From positions 96,040,001 to 96,104,000 of the forward strand of contig NC_045697.1 in assembly GCF_009834535.1 (NCBI RefSeq): 64,000 nt of DNA, in the 5' to 3' direction. Position numbers and translations under genes: made by a program. Each line of letters begins with the position of its first letter. Within the stretch, counting starts at the first letter, position 1. Below are positions 54,795-64,000 of this stretch, piece by piece. The DNA comes from Camelus ferus. Taxonomy: Eukaryota. Under the pieces are notes generated by a model, which had not been told where the DNA came from, made no database searches, and saw nothing but the letters and a program-made list of their open reading frames with translations.

Positions 54795-56246
54795 CTTTTA
54801 GAGCTGTCTTATAAGTGACTCCATATTTGCTTTGAATGATGCCTGTAACTTTCAATACTTTTTCCTGTGGAAAACTAATGAATTCCTACAAATGCAGTAT
54901 TCAAATGTGAAGGGAAGTTGAATAGTCATTCTCTTCCCCAAAGCCAGAAACTGAAAGCCATAAGCACAGTGGGGAGGAGGCCAGTGTAGGCTTCTTTCTG
55001 CACTAAAAATGATCAATTAAACATATAACTGACTTTTTTTTTTTTTTCCAGCCAGTGTGAGAAGTTACACACAATAGCAGCAAACAAAAAGGGAGATCAT
55101 TGTCAATGATGCAGGGTAATTCCCAAACTGTCTAGGTAGGTCCTCCAAATACACAAAAACAGCAGGGTCCTGCCAGAGACAGTATGTGAGGCAGATAAAT
55201 CTTAACAGCAGAGAATTCAAGCCCCACATCCCATCAGTCTTTCCCTGCGGAGCGTGCTGAGGATCCACACAGCCCAGGTTTGTAGAGAGCAATTCCTGCT
55301 CCGTCCCCAGCCTCATCAGTGATGCACATGTGTGCTTCCACACACCTCTGGACCTACAACCTCACACCATCTCCCACTAAATGCTAATGCGGGAGACCTA
55401 GAAAAGCATTCAAATAAATGTGTGTTTCTTAAGCAGGTCTATTCCATCTTACCCAAGACAGATGTATAGAATTCTAGGAACTAAGAATTGGGATCCAAAC
55501 CTGAAATCATCCAAATGAAGTCCCACCCAAAAAGAATTTTTCCGACTATGATGCTGACCCTGCTTCAGTCTGTCCACTGAGTGCATTGAGCACACAGTGG
55601 TTGTGATGCTGGCTCAGATCTGGAAGTCTTAAGGAGATTCTTCTCACCTTGAGTTGAGATCTGGTTCCCAGGGGTTTTAACTGGTGATTCTGACTGGTCC
55701 TAGAGAGAGAGGGAAAGACAAGAGAATTTTTCTAAATAGATCATTAGTTAACTACTTATAATTTTTAGCTCCAGGCAGTTTTTAGCATTGACATTAAGTG
55801 TATCAACACCCAATTTTTACGACTTTTTTGATACACTTTTTAAGAAAAGCATTAGTCTCTTTGTGTGTTGCCTCTCAATTACTGCCTTTTTTACATTGCT
55901 GACAGAAATTCTGCAACTGTGCTTATAAGTCCTTTCAATAAACTATAAGGTCATTTATCAGAATTCAGATTGATTTTTATATAACAGTGATCAGTGTCAT
56001 TTATTGTTTCATCATGTATTTCAGACTTTAATTCTACTTTTCTAATTGGAAAACTAACTTTCTTGCTCTTGAATATGGAAGAAAAATAGCTGAGCAAAGA
56101 AGTATCTATCATCTTGAGTAATATACCATCTAGGGAAACAGTGGGCTTGCCTCGTCCTTGTCCATCTTGCTCCCTGTCCTCTGTAACAGTCTTTTAACAA
56201 TTTTCTATTATTCTAGCCCTTTGCCTGCTTTTATATTCTTTTAGAC

Positions 56247-56300
56247 CTTATGTATATATTTTATATATATATATGTATATATATATACATATATATATAT
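56247..56300. repeat. (TA)n-rich microsatellite
   Basis: tatatatatatatgtatatatatatacatatatatatat. Confidence 0.9.
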
Positions 56301-56369
56301 TTACTTTTTTATGCACTTTAAGAAATTTCCCCTAAATTCCTATCACTTACACAGCTCCAAAATTGCTTT

Positions 56370-57065
56370 ATTTCATACAAGCAATAGTCTTGCCAAGACT
56401 CTCCACTATGACTCTCTCTCTCAGAATTAGAATTCAGATGTGAGAGCATGTCATGAGGACATGTATTAACACATGTAATTACATTAAGAAATGAAGTCAG
56501 ACTTTTCCTGAGAGTAAATCTGACTTGACTGATTGATTTGATTTGAAAACTGGCTTTGCCAAATAGGTAAATTAAACATTTTCCATAAATCACTTGATTC
56601 TGTAGTTCTGAGATTTTAACAATAGTATATTTAAAGTGCATGAAAAGAAATAATTTTGTGAAAACTGTTTATTGGTAAATGTGTATCAAAATTGATAACG
56701 AGTTTATTGAATACATCTCAGCAAAAGCCCTTCTGGTAAATGCCAATAAATTGAGAATGACACTGACTCTAATGACAGGGTGACAAAGCCTTTTGCTAGT
56801 CAGGATCAAACTGAAGGGAACACAGTTGAATTGTCAGCTGATAGATTAATAAAAATATTTTTGATGATAGGTTCCTATATGAATTTTTATCATATAACTT
56901 GGAAAGAGCTCAAAGAATTGAGTGGTATTACTACACTAAAACTTCCATTTCTTTCTTCTTATTTGTGATAAGTGTTCTCAGTGCTTACATACGTATATAA
57001 AATATAAAAATATAATTGATGCTGAACTTTGCCTCAATTAAATTATAACTATTATTCATCCAGGA
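56370..57065 (+). mobile_element. hAT-Charlie transposase remnant (C-terminal half, disrupted)
   Basis: From 56451 it reads S*GHVLTHVITLRNEVRLFL (compare WLSRGKVL..LRNE..FL), then ENWLCQ, then ELSADR..KELKELS...LPFLSSYL*..FSVL (hAT dimerization domain LPFxSTYLCExxFS). Confidence 0.8.
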
Positions 57066-57869
57066 AAAGATAAGCTATTCTGATTATTCTCCCACCCATT
57101 GCCTCTATTCTCTTTTCTAACAGCCTATTAGGGAAGTATCAGACCTCCTAGATCGCCCTCTACACCTCTCCCTTTTTTCTCTTCCTCTTCATTCTTCCAC
57201 CTTATCAACTATTTCCCAACAGTATCCTTTAGCCCTTCTATTCATTTTTTAAAATTTTACTCATCATACCTTTAATTTACAATAATTACTTGCCTTCTGA
57301 TTGATTATTTTACATAGCAGCCAGTTCTAATTCTATAAATGGACTATTTTCTGAAATACTTCAAATGTACCAATTAGAACTTTCTAAAGTTCTCTTTTTT
57401 CACTTGAAAAGGGGTAAGCATTAGTTGTTTTTCCCTGTATTTGTTCATGTATTTTTTCATTCATGCTCTTTATTTTACTAAAATACATGTTTACTCAAAT
57501 ACGTGTGTACCCCTCTCCCATTTGTATTTATAAATCAGATATTAAGCTAATTATACAGGCTGACTACCCTAACTATTCATAGTTTTGCTGTTCCAAGATG
57601 CTTCTCTGTGAACCTAAAGACTGGCTGCTTATAAATTCTTAGACTTGAAAGCCCTGAGTAATCATGCAATGAACATTCATCTTGATGGTCCTAAAATTCA
57701 AAGAGTAGCAATGCTGGAGCTAGATTAGATGCCTTTGCACAATGACCGCAAGTGGAAATGTAAACAAGCCAATCTCTGGATGTAGAACTGAAATGAAGAC
57801 CAGCCTCATATGGGATGAAACCAACTAGATACTTCAAGTTACTGTTTTAGTGACTTAGTAGCAAAGTAA

Positions 57870-58015
57870 CAACACTAGATTGGAAATCTCAATACCTGTG
57901 CTCTAGGCCTGTTTCTGTCCACTAACCACTAGCCACAAACCTGCAAGAGAGCCATATCCTCTTTGGATTATAACATGATGATGCTTGAGGCCCTGCCTAT
58001 CCTAAAATTCTATAA
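57870..58015 (+). mobile_element. MIR fragment
   Basis: aacactagattggaaatc..acctgtgctctaggcctgtttctgtccactaac...aggccctgcctatcctaaaattctat. Confidence 0.55.
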
Positions 58016-58779
58016 TAGTAGGAATTTAAGTGTCCATAAGTGATCTTTCTGCTCCTGGGTATGTATAACCAAATCAAAAGTTCAGCCACAGTGATCATAT
58101 ATTAATGGATGTAACATATTTACATGCACATATTTATTAAAGTCACTGTAATTTAGTGCTAACACTAATTTCAACCTCTCCAGGATACTGTGATTGGTCT
58201 CCACATAAATTTTTTATCCCACACAACCTACTGATGAGTTTTAAGCACACAGAAACTCAGAGGAATACTTGAATGACTGTGCTATAATATATTTAATCAA
58301 AAATATGAAATGAAAATAGGGTTTTTCAAATGAAACATCCATATTCATACATAGCTTTTGTTTTTTCTTCTCAACTAAGTCTCACATTCTCCAACTCAGC
58401 AAATTCATCTTAACATTGTAATTGGTTCAGTCATAGTTATAATCTTAGAGACCTCTGCCCAGTATTTATTATTTCGGCTACTTATGATCCTGCTATTCAC
58501 GTATGTCATCTTTCTTATCTTAGATCCAATCACTTCTCTTTTCCATAAAATTGCACAGTGCCTTTCACATTCTTATCAATTAGTATGAGAGATTTAATCT
58601 TTATAATTGACAAATATATGGTGTATACACCAATGGGAAAGAGTTACCATGCTTCCTATTTCCCACACAATCTAGTTTTGTATCCTACAAATAACAAAGA
58701 TTATTAAGTATCTATTTCTCAGTTATTTAATAAGAACACTTTTTAATTTCATAATTGTGACATAAGGTTTACAAACCTT

Positions 58780-58900
58780 ATTCAAATACATTACCTCATT
58801 TGAGTCTTTGAATTAGTCTGGGACATAAAAAGGCAAACATATTCCTCATGTTACAGATGGAGAAGGTGAGGCAGGAAGGTGCACCAGGATAAGCTCCAGT
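58780..58900 (-). mobile_element. MIR fragment
   Basis: acattacctcatttgagtct...attcctcatgttacagatggagaaggtgaggc. Confidence 0.6.
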
Positions 58901-59524
58901 TATACCTCAGGATGCCAGAAGGCAACCTCATTAGTGTCTGCTGCCTTCTCCCACTACCAAATTTTGCATTGTTTCTCATCTTTTTCTAATGTCAGCTCAA
59001 CTTCAGTAGCTATTTTCTGAAAATCTTTCTGTTTCAAACTTCTTTCATTCATTAAGAAAACCTTAATCAGCTCCTACCGTGTTGCAGACCCTGTGCTAGA
59101 TACTAGGGCAGAGCTTGGACCAGTTAAGAAAAGGCATTAATCAAATAATTACAAAAGAAAAGTGGATATTGTAACTGTGACAGATGCTGCAAAGTAGGAG
59201 CACCCAGTGTCATCAGACCCTGTACACGGAGATTTGACCTAGCCAGAAGGGTCAGGAAAGGCCACCCTGAAAGAGTAACATATGGGCTTTGGTGGAACAA
59301 TGAAGCTGATTTTACTAGATAAGAAGAGAAAGAGAAAAACACACACGTGAAGACCTTTAGCAGTAGGAAGTATAGCAAGTGGGGAGTAAGGAAAGAAGCC
59401 CAATGTAAATAAAATCAAGAGAATGGAGGAGAACAGATGGTGAGACATGAGAAAACTGGAGGCCATGCTCTGCAGGGTTTTAAAGCAGGTTGATGAATTT
59501 TGTCTTTATCCAAAAAGCAATGGT

Positions 59525-59800
59525 ATTGTATACTTAATTTACATGAAATATACAAAGTAGGCAAATCCATAGAGACAGAAGGTAGATGAGTAGTTATCAG
59601 GGGCTGAGGGGAGGGGAGAATGGAGTGTGACTGCTAACAGATACAAGATTTCTATTTTAGAAGATAAAAAAGTTTTTAAATTAGATAGTAATAATAATTG
59701 CACATTTCTGTGAATATACTAAAAACTACTGAACTGCACACTTTAAAAGGGTAAGTTTTATGGTATGTAAATTATATCTTGATATGGTTATTATTAAAAA
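59525..59800 (+). mobile_element. L1MB-like 3' end nested in L2
   Basis: gtaggcaaatccatagagacagaaggtagatgagtagttatcaggggctg...tgtgaatatactaaaaactactgaactgcacactttaaaaggg. Confidence 0.88.
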
Positions 59801-60254
59801 ATAACAGTAGAAAAGTGTGAAAGATTTTAAGAAGGGAATTCTCTGATAAGATTAGAGTTTTAAAAGGATAACTGGCTTCAGTGTGAAAAATTAGATTTGG
59901 GAGTGGAGAAAGTAGTCTACTATAATAATACAAGTGAGAGAAACTTAGAAAAGGAAACCAAAAGGACTTAATTATAGATTGAGCATTAGAGACAAATAAA
60001 AAGAAGATATAAAAGGATGGTCCCTAGTTTTCCAGCTTGAACAAGGAAATGGATGTTGGTACCATTCACTAACATTGTGGTACTGGAGCATGATCAGATT
60101 TTGAGGGATGGGGGTTGGATATTGAGTTCAGTCTTTTATTATATTGAGTTGGAGATTCCCTGGAGAAATGTCAAATAAAAATTAAGATATAAAGGTCTGA
60201 AACTCAGAGCAGAGTTTTTAGTAAAGGGAAAACTTATGAGTATTCTGCATATAA

Positions 60255-60390
60255 ACTTGTAATAACCTTTAATGAAAATAATATGAAAATGAATACATGT
60301 GCATATATATCCATGACTAGGACATTATGCTGTACACCAGAAACTGACACATTGTAACTGACTATACTTCAATTAAAATTTTTTTTGAAA
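60255..60390 (+). mobile_element. young lineage-specific L1 3' tail nested in L2
   Basis: ttgtaataacctttaatgaaaataatatgaaaatgaata...cattatgctgtacaccagaaactgacacattgtaactgactatacttcaatt. Confidence 0.85.
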
Positions 60391-60604
60391 AATTAAATAA
60401 TAGACATGGATAAAGAGAAACAACCTGGGAAGAGAATCTATAGGGTGAGAAAGAAGGTGGGCTAGGACCAACCCTAGAGGAACTCTGAATTATTGGCCAT
60501 AGAGTACAAGACTGCAGTGGAAACATAAAAATAAACAAGTCAGAGAAGCAGGGAGAAAACCAAGACAGTGTTCTGTCAAAGAGGACAAGGAGAGCATTTC
60601 AAAA

Positions 60605-60760
60605 CCTCTATGACAGCTTTCACACCATGTAATTCTTACCTAACTCCTCTGCTAGATTATGAGTTTTTTGAAGGAAGGTATATTTTCTTCTGACACTACT
60701 TAGTACTGGGCCCATATTAAGCATTCAATGAATATGTGTGGTTTGCAATTAAATGTTTGA
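60605..60760 (+). mobile_element. L2 3' terminal fragment
   Basis: ctagattatgagttttttgaaggaagg...taagcattcaatgaatatgtg. Confidence 0.65.
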
Positions 60761-63039
60761 ATTTGCTGTTTGGTGAAAAAATTTGTTACATCAGTAGCTC
60801 ACAGTTTTATGCTAGAAAAACTTCAATGCAATAGACAAAAGGAAAAGTTGCCACTTTTCCTGACTAAAGAGAGAGCTCTCTCTAACCCCTTAGTATAATG
60901 CCGGTGTGTGGCAGAGACAGAGCTAAATGAAAATGCCTAATAGTAGCGATAGGCTAGCAGCAGTGATGGTAAAGGCAAAAACACTTGCACAATGAAATCG
61001 AGGCTTAAATAAAATGAAAAAGGAGTCTGAAGGGCTACAGAGCCAAGATATATTCAGAACTAGATGTTTTATGGAAAAAGACAGCCAACTCAGTGAGCAG
61101 AAACAAAATTCAAGGAGGCTGAGGAAGGTATGAATTTGTGAACCATGGCTACAATTTGGTTCCCACCCACCCAGGATTCCAAACGATGTAACCAATCCCT
61201 ACTGAGAGGATTGTTAATAAACAAGCTTACCTATATAAAAAGTTCATAAAAATCAGCAGCATAACTACACATATATACACATACCAAGGTTAATTACTAA
61301 GTTAAACTTTGTAAGCTATTCACATTGTTCTTTTAATTTGATTCTTTTGTTTCCTAAACTCCAGGAGCTTGTCGAAAGCCTACTGACTATAACCTTGAAG
61401 CCCAAGCAGGGACTCCCTCAGATTGGATGCATTTAACTGTAAGACAACTTCTTCACAGTTGCCATGAAGAACTTTGGGCATGCCAGCTAGTACTACTCTG
61501 AGAATAACACTGAATATTGGGGACATCTTCAGGGGACTGTTGGCACAGAGATTATGACTGTACATTTGCAAGACACAATGACTATTTTGGACAGATGTTA
61601 CTACACAGAATTTCACACTGATTTATCCTTCTACTGATGTACATGAGAATTCTGGTCACTGACTTAGAGATGGACGAGAAATTTTACCCTAACTAAACTT
61701 TGTTGAGCAGACCTTGTCAGCTGAGGCTTTGCAAGTTAAAAAAAAAAAAAGTATGATCTGCATTTAGAAATTCCATCATGTCCTTTTCCCTCATTCTAAC
61801 CTTGTCTCAAAAGTTTCACAATCACATATCACAGCAAAGAGTTTGAGATCTCCAATAAGTCTAATCTTGTTATCTTCTCTTGCTCTTATCACGTCACACA
61901 TTTCTTTGCCTTATCTATTTTGCCCTAGAGGTCTGTAGTATACCTACTTCTAGTAGCTTTATTTGTAAACCTTTTAGAAAAGCACTAACTTATTCTCTTA
62001 AACTTACTCTTCTTATATGAAAATCAGTCAACAATGCTCCCATTTATACTCCTTCATTATGCTTTCCATTTGCAAGCACATTGCATAGTAACATGTTCTA
62101 GACTTTTCTGTTATCCTGCAGCAGTAAGACTGTTTTTTTATATATATAAAATCTTTGTATCTCATAATTTTCTTCTGTCACCCATGCTGTGGATGGAGGT
62201 TTTGTTTCTAATACTACTAGCCTACAGGCACAGACACTCAATAACTTTCATTTCCTTTTCCTGTCTGACTTTGTCCAAATGTATCTGGATGATCATTTCT
62301 TGTGCTATTTTTCCCAAAACAGAAATATAGAAGTAAATAAAGGTACTGCCTTTCAATTTATTTTCCATTTATGTGGAAAACCTAGAAGCTTAACCCCCAA
62401 AAGCAAGCATTCTTAAATTTTTGTTCAAATCAATTCTCTTAGCCATCAGGCCCATCACTGTAACTTAGAAACCAGTCTTGTGATGGCAGGACTGTGCTGC
62501 TCAATCTTGCCTTCTCTTGGCCAGAGGCCCCAGTGCTAGTCAGATGTAGGAACCATCAGTTTCGGCCACTGTGGGTCAGAGAGCAGCTATCAGCCTGCTC
62601 CCCACCACTGCCTCCAGAGGAAGAGTCGGCAGGAAAGGGGCTACGAGTCACTCCTTCCTCAACAAAAAACTGCTCCACAGAAACAGGTCAATCAACAAGT
62701 CATGTTATTTATTCCATGGAAATCCAAGTAAGTAGAGGGGCTTCAATAAAGAATGTTATTTTCCTTTGTTTAACCTGGAGTTTCCTACCCCTTAATTTGA
62801 GAATATTTTTTTGTGTTGTGCATACATGTGAAAACTATTAGCACTTGGTGAATCAAACTTTAAGAAACAATCCTCTGGAAACCTTTAGATTAAGAACGAA
62901 GGCCAATTCTCATGCATCAAGATTAATCTCCTGTTGCTTTTCTCTTCAGACTTCTATATGACGTTCCATTTATTACATAAGTTTATATTTTTCGAGGTGC
63001 TTGCTCCATAAACTGCCTCATCCCTACCCCAAATTTGAG

Positions 63040-63170
63040 ATTCTAAAGTCAGCAGATCAGTGTTTAAATCCCAACGCTGTTATTCACCAGCCATTGAGCA
63101 ATTAATTTAATCCCCTTTAGCCTTAATTTGCTCCTCTGTGGAACTGAGAACAGGTTTCCCCTAATACTAG
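63040..63170 (+). mobile_element. MIR fragment
   Basis: aagtcagcagatcagtgtttaaatccca...gagcaattaatttaatcccctttagccttaatttgctcctctgtggaa. Confidence 0.65.
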
Positions 63171-64000
63171 CACAGCCCAGGGCAAAAAGGACAAATGAGG
63201 GCCAAGAACCACATGTCTGAACACCTGGAAGTTACCAGATTAACTGTGCCCCCTACCTGGCCTAGTTTCCACTCAGTTTCCCCTCTCCCACCCGCAAGGC
63301 TACTCCTCTGGAATGTGCTCACTACCAAGAGGCCAGAGAGCCACCTTGCTCTCCCAGAGCCTGCCCTTGCCTGCTGCAAGCCTGGGTAGGAGTATAGATC
63401 TGCTGGGGCCAGGCAAGGCAGAGGCTCCCAGGCCTCCTGGATGGTGATCAGAGTGCCAGAGGGCTATCTTTCTGACTCAGGATTTACACACGGCTCTAAG
63501 CATCTATCAAAACTAGACTGGGGAGAGGGGGTGGAGTAGGGAGGAAGAGGATGCAGCTATGGAGGGACCCTGGTCTGCCTGGACACCAGCAGTGGTGATT
63601 CGGGTCAGCCAGATGTAAAACAAGAGCACCAATTCTTCCTCTAGTTTCCCAGGGCAGAAGACATCCATGCACACACACACCACAGGTAGTACCCTCTGGC
63701 CTGGGGCATCCATTTTGGCTAATATATTTATTTCCCATAATTTTGTGTAGTATAATTCTAAACATAAAAAAAGAGAAAATAAGACAAAAATCTTAGCTTG
63801 AAAAGGAAAAACTTTCCTTGGTTTCAGCATCTATGATTTGCAGTGTTCTCTGTGGCTCAGAGCACTGAGTGGGGGCCTCTCATACTCATGTCTAACGGCA
63901 GGAATGATTGTGATAATTGTACTTATTTCCTAGAATTGTGTGGGAGTTAAATATGATAATGCATGTGAACTACTATTATACCATTATCAAAATCAGGAGT

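Larger units (their letters stand above)
59045..60600 (-). mobile_element. L2 LINE (3' end at left) interrupted by two L1 tails
   Basis: tcattcatt...ctcctaccgtgttgcagaccctgtgctagatactagg...ggatgttggtaccattcact...ttgagttcagtcttt...aggtctgaaactcag. Confidence 0.8.

Noticed and set aside
1..64000. ORF-track ORFs (60-117 aa) as real genes
   Set aside because: All are short, low-complexity or inside repeats. The only recognisable peptides are decayed L1 ORF2p and hAT transposase, and there is no coherent multi-exon structure.

Overview
This is AT-rich, CpG-depleted mammalian DNA that reads as deep intron or gene desert. A tRNA-derived SINE near 52.1 kb and the young L1 3' ends point to a cetartiodactyl, most likely a camelid (my inference from recalled repeat consensuses, not from a search). 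I can support no intact protein-coding exon, RNA gene or CpG island. The ORF-track entries are chance ORFs or decayed L1 and hAT-transposase fragments. Much of the window is transposon fossils: L1, L2, L3/CR1, MIR, MaLR/ERV solo LTRs, MER58A, MER82 and a Charlie transposase remnant, plus microsatellites. I did not find a convincing novel biological system. The best second-look items are a perfect 19-bp-arm palindrome inside an L1 tail, an L1 with a tiny inverted 5' segment, a tail-to-tail L1 fusion that may mark a rearrangement, and several repeat-free blocks that look like conserved enhancers. Repeat family names were assigned by eye, and most boundaries are approximate.
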